Shown piece after piece: positions 30,214-39,128 of a stretch of DNA of 54,504 nt; the first letter of the stretch is position 1, and each line of letters opens with the position of its first letter. Location of the stretch: positions 1-54,504 of the forward strand of contig JAURNP010000070.1 in NCBI GenBank assembly GCA_030830105.1, read 5' to 3'. The DNA comes from Rhodothermales bacterium. Lineage in GTDB: Bacteria; Bacteroidota; Rhodothermia; Rhodothermales; UBA10348. The notes under the pieces are model-generated. The model saw only the letters and a program-made list of their open reading frames with translations, was not told the DNA's origin and made no database searches. The translations under genes were made by a program, and so were the position numbers.

Positions 30214-30961
30214 CAGTGCCTAACGGCACAGTTCCTTGATGCGACTGAGTCTCTAGGCTGCATGAGGCAAGCCACGCCACCCGAAAGGGAGGCACTGTAA
30301 GGCCCCTGCACCGATGATGATCACCGAGGTTTCGAGCAAACCAAGGTGGGAGTTGGAGTAGTGCCGGATCCATGCCAGGGGGATGTTCGAAGATGAGGGT
30401 CGCAAGACCAGCGTCGGACGGCAGATAATCCCGGGTGATGAACCGACATCCCGAGCAAAGACCGGACGGTTTCGACCGCGAGGAAAGTGTCAGGGAGGGA
30501 TATCGAAGAGAAGTGTGAATTGGAAGCGTCCCGGCGCTCCGGTCCAAACCCCTCTTCGGGACGACAAGGCGGAAAATCAACGCAATCGGCTTCGGCCGGC
30601 GGCAGATTGGAAGTCGAGACGTCTAAACAATGGACCTGCTCTCTCGAATGTCTTTTCGGAGGCGGACTGGAGGGAAGCCATTGCCCGGCTGATGAAAACC
30701 GACCCGCAAGGGAACGGAGCATTGGACGGAGACCTTGCAAGGCTCTCGTCTTTATCGTGTGCCCATACGATGGAGACAACACGGTTCACCGTTCGCGGAG
30801 ACCGTGTTACCCTGATCTCGGTCAAACGAGTGATGGGATCCACTGAGACTCGAACCTCCCGTTGCTGGTGCGGAGGAAACGCTTCGGCGTAGAAGCCACA
30901 CCAGGGGAGGTTCTCGTGTCGGGAGCAGAAAAGAAGCTGTCCTTAAGGGACGGCTTTTTTT
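30214..30961 (+). ncRNA. Candidate large (~750 nt) highly structured non-coding RNA, family not recognised
   Basis: There is no credible ORF. The region holds many tetraloop-capped hairpins read by eye: 30215-30228, 30275-30292 (GAAA), 30397-30408 (GCAA), 30466-30477 (UUCG), 30586-30597 (UUCG), 30698-30716 (GCAA), 30728-30744, 30747-30776 (11 bp) and 30777-30807 with an inner UUCG. Nested helices pair 30851-30859 with 30904-30912 and 30864-30869 with 30898-30903, around a UUCG hairpin at 30878-30889. The region ends in a strong terminator. The boundaries are inferred. Confidence 0.4.
30934..30961 (+). terminator. Strong intrinsic terminator (stem plus T8), followed by a second T7 tract
   Basis: AGCTGTCC / GGACGGCT forms an 8-bp stem (one G-U) with loop TTAAG, then TTTTTTTT (30954-30961). 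GTCCCTGC plus TTTTTTT follows at 30962-30976. On the opposite strand the same hairpin is followed by TTCTTTTCT, so it may also terminate the convergent HAD gene. Confidence 0.7.
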
Positions 30962-30988
30962 TGTCCCTGCTTTTTTTGGAGACAGTCT

Positions 30989-31750
30989 CTATCCCGCCAG
31001 CTGGTTCACCAGATCTGGTATGCTATCCCAGTCCGTGAACGAGTAGACATCCGGATGATCATGGGACGACTCGGAGAACCAGGCAACCTTCCACCCGGCG
31101 CCAATACTGCCGTTTACGTCCGAGGTGATCGAGTCGCCGACGTAGAGAATTTCGTAAGCCTCCATGCCAGCGCGCCGCGCAGACTCGGCAAACAATCGAG
31201 GATCAGGTTTTAGAACTCCCACTTCTTCGCTGATCACGATAACGCTGGAAACGTCGTCCAGCATGGGAAATCGTTGGAGCTTGGCCTGCTGGATTTCAAC
31301 GAATCCGTTCGTAAGAATGCCTACAGGAAGGAGCTCTGCGACCGCTACAAACGCTTCAAAAGCGCCTTCGATGGCCTGCCAGTGATTGGAGTACGCGTCC
31401 AGATAGCGGTGCGCCAACTCCTCATCGACGCCCGTATCCAACCCGAGACCTTCGAGCAGCTGAGAAAAACGGCCGACCTTGGCTTGACGCTTGGTGAACT
31501 CGCCGGCCGAATACTTACGCCACACGACTGGATTGATCTCCCGGTACAGGGCGTGAACCGCATCAAAGGAATGATCGCCAAATGGGCGATCTGAGCTCGC
31601 ATGCATGTCCCGCAGCGCCCCGTGCTCAGCGTGCGTATGGTCCAGCAGTGTGTCATCCAGGTCGAAGTAAACGAAGCGGATGGGTCCTGGACGGGGCGCG
31701 TTGCTATGGCGAGGCGCTCCTTTTTTTCGAAGGTCAGAGTCGTGGCTCAT
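30989..31750 (-). CDS. HAD-superfamily hydrolase (subfamily IA-like)
   Basis: Contains motif I FVYFDLDDTLLD, motif II GILTNG and motif IV YVGDSITSDVNG. Its ATG overlaps the stop of the upstream GNAT-fold gene (TGATG). Confidence 0.85.
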   Translation of the reverse strand: MSHDSDLRKKGAPRHSNAPRPGPIRFVYFDLDDTLLDHTHAEHGALRDMHASSDRPFGDHSFDAVHALYREINPVVWRKYSAGEFTKRQAKVGRFSQLLEGLGLDTGVDEELAHRYLDAYSNHWQAIEGAFEAFVAVAELLPVGILTNGFVEIQQAKLQRFPMLDDVSSVIVISEEVGVLKPDPRLFAESARRAGMEAYEILYVGDSITSDVNGSIGAGWKVAWFSESSHDHPDVYSFTDWDSIPDLVNQLAG

Positions 31751-32904
31751 CAGATGGACACCTCAAACATGGCGTATTCCTTGTCCACCACGCCACCCAT
31801 GGATTCGAGAGAGTTGATCAGCACTTTGTTGCTGTCCAACACCCAGCTCATCTCAGCGGCGAGTACGCCCACTTCCAGACTCTTTACGACAATCTCGTGC
31901 ACGAGAAGCGTATCAATAGCCTTTCCCTGATGGGCTTTGCGCACTCCCATGAGGGGCAACCTCGCCTCTCGGATGACGCCGCTGGTTCCAATGGTCAACA
32001 GCTTGATAAGCCCAAGCGGTAGAAGACGTCCTGAAGGGATGGTCTTGAACACGTAATTCAGATCGGGAAGTAAGACGGCAAATCCTACTTCTTCACCATC
32101 TATTTCGGCGAACACCACCAGGCGCTCATCGATGATCTGTTTCATGTCCTTGGCCAACTGGGAGAATTCGGCATCGGTCATGGGCACATGTCCCCAGTTC
32201 TCCGACCAGGCATCATTGTAGATATCCATGATGAGCCGGGCTTCCTCTTCGAAGCGGTCCATATTCAGCTGCCGAATGGTCAGCGTCGGGTAGCGCCGTT
32301 TCAACAGACTGATGCCCCGAGCCATCTTCTCCTTGCTGAAGAACTTGGTATGAGCGTAATAGGCCCACATCGTCATCTTGCGCTCAAACCCGTAGTCCAG
32401 CAGAAATCCTTCATACCAAGGATGATTGTAGGGCATCAGAATAGCAGGCTGTTTATCGAATCCATCAACGAGCAATCCTGCAACGTCATTCATGGATGGA
32501 TTAGTGGGCCCGCGCATGGCGGTCAGTCCCTGGTCCTTGAGCCACCCGCTGGCAGCGTCAAGCAGTGCTTTGGCGACAGCATCATCATGGATGGTGTCAA
32601 AAAATCCAAAAAAGCCGACCTGATCATCGTATTTCTCGAGATGCATGCCGTTGCGGATTCCAGCGATCCGACCAACTACTTTACCATCTTGGTCCCGCGC
32701 CAGAAACAGCTGTATGTCCCCGTGCTCGAAGAATGCGTTCTTCTTTGGATTGATGAGTTTGGCCACGTCCATACGGAGCGGCGGGACCCATACATCCGTA
32801 TCGCCAAACAGATCGAACGGGAACTGGATGAATGCCTTACGATCCCAGCGCGACCGCACGGGGCGGACGACCACGGATTGGACAGAAGAGGGAAGAGAGG
32901 GCAC
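31750..32904 (-). CDS. GNAT-fold acyl-CoA N-acyltransferase-like protein (~384 aa family)
   Basis: It has a conserved-looking N-terminus (RPVRSRWDRKAFIQFPFDLFGDTDVWVPPL...GRIAGI) and a C-terminal GNAT motif A-like segment, LMGVRKAHQGKAIDTLLVHEIV. It lies between the AOS and HAD genes. Confidence 0.55.
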   Translation of the reverse strand: MPSLPSSVQSVVVRPVRSRWDRKAFIQFPFDLFGDTDVWVPPLRMDVAKLINPKKNAFFEHGDIQLFLARDQDGKVVGRIAGIRNGMHLEKYDDQVGFFGFFDTIHDDAVAKALLDAASGWLKDQGLTAMRGPTNPSMNDVAGLLVDGFDKQPAILMPYNHPWYEGFLLDYGFERKMTMWAYYAHTKFFSKEKMARGISLLKRRYPTLTIRQLNMDRFEEEARLIMDIYNDAWSENWGHVPMTDAEFSQLAKDMKQIIDERLVVFAEIDGEEVGFAVLLPDLNYVFKTIPSGRLLPLGLIKLLTIGTSGVIREARLPLMGVRKAHQGKAIDTLLVHEIVVKSLEVGVLAAEMSWVLDSNKVLINSLESMGGVVDKEYAMFEVSI

Positions 32905-32971
32905 GCGGGAACGGAATTACGCTGGGCAGCAAGCAGATTGTCCAAAGGTACGATGCAATCTGCAGATCACA

Positions 32972-34312
32972 CTAAGCGGCAGAGCCGTTCGGAGTGATGA
33001 TGCCGTGCTTCAGACCGACGCGGCGGAATGCCTCGAGGATGAAGTCCAGGTCTTCGTTCGTGTGCGTGGCCATGTACGAGGTACGTAGAAGTGACTGACC
33101 TTGTGGGACGGCTGGCGGAATCACCGCATTCACAAAGACACCCTCGTCCAACAGGTCATGCCACATCTCCAGGCACGTTCGCATAGTGGTGGCAACCACC
33201 GGGATAATCGGGGCCTGGCTCTTGAGGACGTTGAAGCCCAACGCCTTGAAGCCGTCACGCATGTAGTCTGATATCTCCCACAGACGACTCAGGCGCTCTG
33301 GCTCCTGGATGAGGATTTCCAGACATTTCAGAGCGGTGGCAATGGCTGAAGGCGGCATGGAAGCACTGAAAATGTGCGCGGATGCCGTATGGCGAATGTA
33401 TTCGATGATCTTCTTGTCACCAACAACAAAACCACCCAACGAGGCGAAGCTCTTGGAGAACGTACCCGTGGTCAGATGAACCCGGTCCGATAATCCAAAA
33501 TGGGCCGCACTGCCACGGCCACCTGGACCGATGACTCCGACCGCATGGGCATCGTCCAACATGAGAGCGGCGCCAAATTCCTCCGCCAGGGAGACCAGTT
33601 CCGGTACTTTGGCGATGGCTCCACTCATGGAGAAGACGCCATCCGTTACGATGAACTTACCAGCGTTTGGATTGTCGATGGCCGCTTTTTCGAGCAGACG
33701 ACGCAGGTGTGCCATGTCATCGTGCTTGAATCGGACGATGTCGGCCAAGGAGACCTTGGTCCCGGCGACGATGCAAGCGTGATTATCCTTGTCCGAAAAA
33801 ACGATGTCGCCCTTCTTGGCCAAGGACTCAATGACACCCTGATTGGTCATGTATCCTGTAGAGAACAGCACACACGCTTCGGCGCCCATGAATTCAGCGA
33901 GTTGCTCTTCCAACTGGAGGTGCAAATCGAGCGTACCATTGAGGAAACGCGAGCCCGTGCAACCCGAACCGTATTGTTCTATGGCATCCCCGGCAGCCTC
34001 CTTCACCCGCCGATCAGAGAGTAGCCCAAGGTAATTGTTCGACCCCGCCATGATGATCTCTCGGCCGTCCATGATGGCGCGCGTTCCATCATTCTTCTCG
34101 ATCGGGCGAAAGTAGGGATAGAGGTCCGCTTCTTTGACCTGGGCAAACAGTCCGTTCTCGTCGAAGAACCGATCACATTTGTCAAAAAGTGCGGGCTGCG
34201 CGGGTGCGGCCGAGACTCCAGAGGAGCTGGCCGGCTTGGTGTACCTGTCAGACATAATGCGAAAACCCGATTTCAGAGCATCGGCTTGGGCGTCGATTGC
34301 CATCTTTACCAA
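32972..34312 (-). CDS. Alpha-oxoamine synthase family PLP enzyme (serine palmitoyltransferase / 8-amino-7-oxononanoate synthase-like)
   Basis: Contains GSNNYLGL, SGCTGSRFLNG, DDAHAVGVIG and the PLP-lysine context TGTFSKSFASLGGF. The roughly 60-aa N-terminal extension is as seen in Spt-type members. Confidence 0.85.
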   Translation of the reverse strand: MVKMAIDAQADALKSGFRIMSDRYTKPASSSGVSAAPAQPALFDKCDRFFDENGLFAQVKEADLYPYFRPIEKNDGTRAIMDGREIIMAGSNNYLGLLSDRRVKEAAGDAIEQYGSGCTGSRFLNGTLDLHLQLEEQLAEFMGAEACVLFSTGYMTNQGVIESLAKKGDIVFSDKDNHACIVAGTKVSLADIVRFKHDDMAHLRRLLEKAAIDNPNAGKFIVTDGVFSMSGAIAKVPELVSLAEEFGAALMLDDAHAVGVIGPGGRGSAAHFGLSDRVHLTTGTFSKSFASLGGFVVGDKKIIEYIRHTASAHIFSASMPPSAIATALKCLEILIQEPERLSRLWEISDYMRDGFKALGFNVLKSQAPIIPVVATTMRTCLEMWHDLLDEGVFVNAVIPPAVPQGQSLLRTSYMATHTNEDLDFILEAFRRVGLKHGIITPNGSAA

Positions 34313-34483
34313 AGCGTATGGTTATGGTTGGGCGAAGGCCGTCAAACGTTTCAGCGTCCCATCCGCATTGGATGCTTTGCCGAATCACGATCAGCGCCCT
34401 TCTCTGGCCAACGAAACCAAAAACGCCTGCAAATGCACTGCCCCCAAACGGGTTCCGGCGGTTCACCCTAGGGCAAAACCACC

Positions 34484-35107
34484 TCACTCGGCATTGCCGA
34501 GGTGGAGTCGAGCTGACAGGCGGATTCCGCCCGGTGTCGGTGCAGCCTGTAAGCTCAGGTCCTCTCCAACGTCAAAATCGAGTAAGTGCGCACTTACAAA
34601 AGCGTCCAGCATCGCCAGACCATACACTAAGCCGATGCCAACAAAAGAAAAGTCACGCGACCTGCGAAAAATATTTTGCTGGGATTGTAGGGGGCGAGAA
34701 GAAATGGGCCCGAACTCCGCGGAAATCTCGTCATAGGAGCTTTTGAAGCCGATATTGGGATTCGTTTCAGCTTCGCCGGCTTCTACTAATTCTTGCCAGG
34801 CTTTGTACTGATAGGCTTTACGGTACAGCTGATAGTCGCTGTTTCGGGAAATGGCGCGGTAGGCCAGAAAGCCGAGGCCGCCGTAGACGAAAGGCAACTT
34901 GATATACTGGCGATTGTAGATCTGTCCCCAACCGGGCAGGGCCGCCCCGCGCCATAATGCGCCATTGGGAGAATGAATCCCGGACTGGACAGAAAACGTG
35001 CTGTCCGCCTGCACGAGCTGTGCGGACGCTGAGGGCGCGAACAGCAACGTGATGAGCACGCAACCCATTCCCAGCTCCAGGGGGATTGATCGGAGTCGAA
35101 CAGACAT
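34484..35107 (-). CDS. DUF5683-like membrane protein downstream of parB
   Basis: The ATG at 35107 gives a signal-like N-terminus (MSVRLRSIPLELGMGCVLITLLFAPSASAQ). ALPGWGQIYNRQYIKLPFVYGGLGFLAY is the DUF5683 core from memory. The position after parAB is typical for Bacteroidota. Confidence 0.5.
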   Translation of the reverse strand: MSVRLRSIPLELGMGCVLITLLFAPSASAQLVQADSTFSVQSGIHSPNGALWRGAALPGWGQIYNRQYIKLPFVYGGLGFLAYRAISRNSDYQLYRKAYQYKAWQELVEAGEAETNPNIGFKSSYDEISAEFGPISSRPLQSQQNIFRRSRDFSFVGIGLVYGLAMLDAFVSAHLLDFDVGEDLSLQAAPTPGGIRLSARLHLGNAE

Positions 35108-35111
35108 CAGT

Positions 35112-36044
35112 CTACTGCTCGAAAAAGTCGACGATGCGCTCCAGGTCCTCGTCTGAATAGTACTCCAGCTCCACGCGTCCGCCCTTGCCTTCGGATCCAG
35201 GTTTGATCTGCACCTTGGTGCCAAGAGCTCGTCGCATACGATCGGCCATAGCGCCCATTTCAGCGGACACAGCCTGATCGGTTTGCCTGGAGGGCTTTTT
35301 TGCAGGTTTGGAAGCCGGCTTCAGCAGATGACGGACTTTTTGCTCGACTTGGCGGACGGACAGTCCGGAAGCTGTAATTTCATCCATCAGAGACTGCTGT
35401 AGGGTCTCGTCTTCCAGTGGGAGTAGGGCGCGGGCATGACCGGTTGTCAGAAGACCATCACGAAGGCCTGCCTGAATGAGGGGTGGAAGATTGAGCAGAC
35501 GAAGAAAGTTGGCGATCGTGGATCGGTTCTTGCCCACCTTGGTGGCCACCTGCTCCTGCGTCATGGCGCACTCGTCGACCAGCCGCTGATACCCGATGGC
35601 AACCTCAATGGGATTGAGCTGCTCGCGCTGCACGTTTTCCACGATGGCCATTTCGAGCATGGCTTCGCTGTCCGCTTCCCGTACAAAGGCCGGAATGACG
35701 AGCAAGCCCGCTCTTCGGGCCGCCTTGAGACGACGCTCACCAGAAATCAGTTCATAGCGCTCGCCGCCGGTCTTGCGAACTGTGATTGGCTGGATGATGC
35801 CTAACTGCTGGATCGAAGAGGACAATTCCTGAAGCGCAGTCTCGTCAAAGTGGGTGCGCGGCTGGTACGGGTTGGGCGAAACCTTGTCTAAGTCCACTTC
35901 CGCAATGGTACCTGCAGCACGGATCCGCTCATCGAAGTTGTAGAGCTTGGTGCTTTCAATACCTGAGGATTTGGGCGAACTCTCTTCGGACTCCGGAAGG
36001 AGCGCTCCCAGGCCTCGGCCAAGTGCTGATTTCTGCTTACTCAT
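35112..36044 (-). CDS. parB: Chromosome partitioning protein ParB/Spo0J
   Basis: Contains NPYQPR, GIIQPITVR, the arginine box ISGERRLKAARRAGL, and the HTH MTQEQVATKVGKNRSTIANFLRLL. Confidence 0.95.
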   Translation of the reverse strand: MSKQKSALGRGLGALLPESEESSPKSSGIESTKLYNFDERIRAAGTIAEVDLDKVSPNPYQPRTHFDETALQELSSSIQQLGIIQPITVRKTGGERYELISGERRLKAARRAGLLVIPAFVREADSEAMLEMAIVENVQREQLNPIEVAIGYQRLVDECAMTQEQVATKVGKNRSTIANFLRLLNLPPLIQAGLRDGLLTTGHARALLPLEDETLQQSLMDEITASGLSVRQVEQKVRHLLKPASKPAKKPSRQTDQAVSAEMGAMADRMRRALGTKVQIKPGSEGKGGRVELEYYSDEDLERIVDFFEQ

Positions 36045-36859
36045 TCGTGATCCCCATGCTGCCCGGAGGCATCTTCTTCTACCGTTTCAAACACGTGGCG
36101 ATTAGCGCGCAGTACTTCACGTGCGAGCCCGATATAGTTGCGGGACCCGGTGCTGGTCGCATCGTATAGCAGAACGGGACGACCGAAACTGGGTGCTTCC
36201 GACAGGCGGACGTTGCGTTGAACGATCGTGCTGAAGACTTTTTCCCCAAAGTAACGCCGGACTTCACCAGCGACCTGATTAGCCAGACGAAGACGGGTAT
36301 CGAACATGGTCAAAACCACGCCTTCGATATCCAATGCCGGGTTGAGATGCTGGCGCACAAGCTTGATCGTATTGAGCAGCTGCCCCAAGCCTTCCAGTGC
36401 GAAATATTCTGCTTGAACCGGGATGATTACGGAGTTCGAAGCCGTCAGTGCATTGAGCGTCAGGAGACCGAGGGAGGGCGGGCAATCGATGATAATGAAG
36501 TCAAATCGATCGCGGATGGGTGCAAGGGCGCGGGAGAGCATCCGCTCCCGGTCCGGAAACTCGACCATCTCGATTTCCGCTCCAACCAGGTTGATGTGGC
36601 TCGGAATGAGAGAGAGGTACGGCGATTCGGTTTCAACAATCGCGTCGTTTGCCGGCAGCGTACCAATCAGGATCTCGTAGGATGATCCTTCCACTCCCCG
36701 GGGGTCAATTCCGACACCGGAGGTTCCGTTGGCCTGCGGGTCGAAATCCAACAGCAAGGTAGGATGCTCCATGGCTGCGAGCGAGGCAGCAAGGTTCACC
36801 GCAGTTGTGGTCTTTCCCACACCTCCCTTCTGGTTGGCCACAGCGATGATTTTTCCCAT
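36041..36859 (-). CDS. parA: Chromosome partitioning ATPase ParA/Soj
   Basis: Has the deviant Walker A NQKGGVGKTTT plus IIIDCPPSLG. It overlaps parB by 4 nt. Confidence 0.95.
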   Translation of the reverse strand: MGKIIAVANQKGGVGKTTTAVNLAASLAAMEHPTLLLDFDPQANGTSGVGIDPRGVEGSSYEILIGTLPANDAIVETESPYLSLIPSHINLVGAEIEMVEFPDRERMLSRALAPIRDRFDFIIIDCPPSLGLLTLNALTASNSVIIPVQAEYFALEGLGQLLNTIKLVRQHLNPALDIEGVVLTMFDTRLRLANQVAGEVRRYFGEKVFSTIVQRNVRLSEAPSFGRPVLLYDATSTGSRNYIGLAREVLRANRHVFETVEEDASGQHGDHE

Positions 36860-36929
36860 ATCGGGTTCGGAACCGGGTTGTTCTTCGTATAACTAATGAA
36901 TCTATGAAGACGTTCGGCGCGCTTCCACC

Positions 36930-39128
36930 GTGGAGGGCTCCATAGATGGACGAGTTATCCACGAAATGTCCGCTGATCCCGACCGGGATCGTATCGGTCG
37001 GGCGCGTGTTGTTGACCACATGGCGCGTCGTATTGTCATCTCACCCGAAGAGTTTCCTGTTGCCGATCCAGACGGATTGGACTTCCGCGAAGCCTTGAAT
37101 GAAAAGCAGTACGAGGCGGCCATTTGGGGAGCTGGTCCCGTCCTGGTAGTGGCGGGTGCCGGAACTGGAAAGACACGAACGCTGATCCACCGCGTTGCCT
37201 GGCTGGTCGGGCACGGGGTCGCCCCGGAACAGCTGGTTTTACTGACATTCACCCGTCGTGCTGCGCAGCAGATGCTCACTCGTGCTTCAACGCTGCTCGA
37301 TGGTCGCTGCTCGCGCGTTCGAGGTGGGACGTTCCATGCCTTCTGTTTGACATTGCTCAAACAGTATGCCCCCAAGCTCGGCTATCGGGAAGGATTCACC
37401 GTGCTTGACGCCCAGGACGCGGCCGATGTAGTCGATCTGCTTCGCGGGCCGGTTGTGGCCCGGTTCAAGGATCGTCGCTTTCCCAAAAAGCGAACGATGG
37501 CGTCCATTTTTTCCTCGGTTTGCAACACCGGACGTTCCCTCGAAGATGTACTCGAGTCGTCCTATCCGCACTTTCTGGAGTTCGCCGATCCACTGAATGG
37601 CCTGTTTGAACAGTACATTCAGTACAAGAAGGAGCAAGGTCTAATGGACTACGATGATCTACTCCTCCTGACCTTGAAGCTCTTCCAACAGGATCCCAAG
37701 GTGCTTCGCGAAGTGGCATCCGGATGCAAGTATGTTTTGGTGGACGAATACCAGGACACCAATCGGGCACAGGCACTCCTCGTCAAGGCGCTTTCCAGTG
37801 TCCATGGCAATGTGATGGTCGTTGGGGACGATGCACAGAGTATTTACCGATTCCGTGGGGCGGACTTGGGCAATATCTTGCGGTTTCCGGAGGAGTACGC
37901 CGGTGCATCCGTCATCAAGTTGGAGCACAACTATCGATCGACCCAGGCTATTCTGGACTTGGCCAATGAAGTACTCACGCAAGCCAAGCACCGGTTCGAC
38001 AAGCGGCTTTACACGGAAAGGGGGAAGGGTGATTTGCCCGGGATTGTGCCTGCGCCCGACGACCGGTTCGAGAGTCGCTTCGTCTCCCAGATGATCCTGG
38101 CCCTGCGAGAGCAAGGCGATCCGCTCAATCGGATGGCAGTGCTGTTCCGAAGTGGCCACAATTCATATGATCTCGAGGTGGAGCTCAACAAGCGGGGTAT
38201 TCCGTTCGTCAAGTACGGTGGCCTGAAGTTGGCTGAAGCTGCTCACATCAAAGATGTGATCGCTCACCTGAAGATACTTGAGAACCCTCGCGACATTGTT
38301 GCCTGGAATCGCATCCTGCAGCTCCTGGACGGAATTGGTCCCAAGACAGCAGTTCGCATCATTGAATGGGTTCAGGGAGGGGAATCGCCGCGGTACACGA
38401 CTGATGGCTTTCCTTTTTCCGCCGCCTACGTTGCTTCGCTTTCGCGGTTATTCGATGTACTGGGACGCTTGCGCAAACCTGATGTACCGCTGGACGAGCA
38501 GTTGGAGTCGATCGTTTCCTACTACGCACCCATCCTGCGCGACACGTATACGGAAGATTACCCAAAGCGGGAGACTGATCTGGAGCACTTGAGTGGTGTG
38601 GCGGCGCGCTTCACGGATCGAGCCTCCCTGTTGGATTCCCTGGCGCTGGATCCCATCGAACTGAGCGCCATGGACGTTGATGAGGAGGAAAAGGACGAGC
38701 CGCCGCTCATCCTTTCCACGATTCACTCGGCCAAGGGGTTGGAGTTCAAGTCGGTTTTTGTGATCCAAGCCCTGGACGGAGTGCTCCCGTCTTCCTATTC
38801 CGTGGGAGACATCGAAGCGATGGACGAGGAACTCCGGCTCCTTTATGTAGCCATTACACGGGCCGAGGATCAGCTGTTTCTTTCGTACCCCATGGTGCAA
38901 TTCCGACGGTATGAAGGGCAGTATTTCACCAAGCCGAGCCGTTTTCTAGAAGGGCTCCCTCACTCTATTCTGGAACCTTGTACTCTGGTGGAGGCGCCCC
39001 GCGATGCGTTGCCGGTTGACGATCAACCACAACTCGCCGAAGGGTTTGAGGAGGCTTCTAGATCGTTGAAGGAATCGAACCATCCGCAGGGTGACGCGTC
39101 CGATACGCTGGACAATCTGCCGTTTTGA
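36930..39128 (+). CDS. UvrD/Rep/PcrA-family ATP-dependent DNA helicase
   Basis: Contains motif I AGAGTGKT, motif II VDEYQDTN, motif III VGDDAQSIYRFRGA, YRS, and the C-terminal TIHSAKGLEF and LLYVAITRA. Alternative start ATG at 37020. Confidence 0.9.
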   Translation: MEGSIDGRVIHEMSADPDRDRIGRARVVDHMARRIVISPEEFPVADPDGLDFREALNEKQYEAAIWGAGPVLVVAGAGTGKTRTLIHRVAWLVGHGVAPEQLVLLTFTRRAAQQMLTRASTLLDGRCSRVRGGTFHAFCLTLLKQYAPKLGYREGFTVLDAQDAADVVDLLRGPVVARFKDRRFPKKRTMASIFSSVCNTGRSLEDVLESSYPHFLEFADPLNGLFEQYIQYKKEQGLMDYDDLLLLTLKLFQQDPKVLREVASGCKYVLVDEYQDTNRAQALLVKALSSVHGNVMVVGDDAQSIYRFRGADLGNILRFPEEYAGASVIKLEHNYRSTQAILDLANEVLTQAKHRFDKRLYTERGKGDLPGIVPAPDDRFESRFVSQMILALREQGDPLNRMAVLFRSGHNSYDLEVELNKRGIPFVKYGGLKLAEAAHIKDVIAHLKILENPRDIVAWNRILQLLDGIGPKTAVRIIEWVQGGESPRYTTDGFPFSAAYVASLSRLFDVLGRLRKPDVPLDEQLESIVSYYAPILRDTYTEDYPKRETDLEHLSGVAARFTDRASLLDSLALDPIELSAMDVDEEEKDEPPLILSTIHSAKGLEFKSVFVIQALDGVLPSSYSVGDIEAMDEELRLLYVAITRAEDQLFLSYPMVQFRRYEGQYFTKPSRFLEGLPHSILEPCTLVEAPRDALPVDDQPQLAEGFEEASRSLKESNHPQGDASDTLDNLPF

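Noticed and set aside
30835-30880. tRNA-like or tmRNA-like 3' end on the minus strand (ACTCGAACCTCCC resembles a reversed T-arm, and ...TCCTCCGCACCA occurs on the minus strand)
   Set aside because: The putative T-stem halves do not pair, no acceptor or D arm can be built, and the CCA-like end is not adjacent to the T-loop-like element. The same bases are better explained as the 9-bp and 6-bp nested helices of the plus-strand RNA.
30074-30892. Long ORFs inside the non-coding gap: 30074-30580 (-), 30321-30782 (-), 30383-30892 (+), 30487-30846 (+), 30577-30843 (-)
   Set aside because: They all overlap one another on both strands. The translations are Arg/Ser/Pro/Gly-rich with no hydrophobic core or recognisable motif. 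The same DNA is saturated with tetraloop hairpins. This fits chance open frames in moderately GC-rich structured RNA better than genes. A blastx check is still advised.
29659-30988. Identity of the structured region as RNase P RNA, tmRNA, SRP RNA or a group II intron
   Set aside because: I searched by eye on both strands for several signatures. These were the RNase P P4 strings (GAGGAAAGUCCGGGC and ACAGAANNCGGCUUA), a tRNA-like T-arm plus a ...CCACCA 3' end, an ...ALAA-stop tag ORF for tmRNA, the SRP AGGUCCGGAAGGAAGCAGCC core, and a domain V hairpin with an AGC triad and GNRA loop. None is present. GCGAGGAAAGUG at 30478 is only a partial look-alike of the P4 string.
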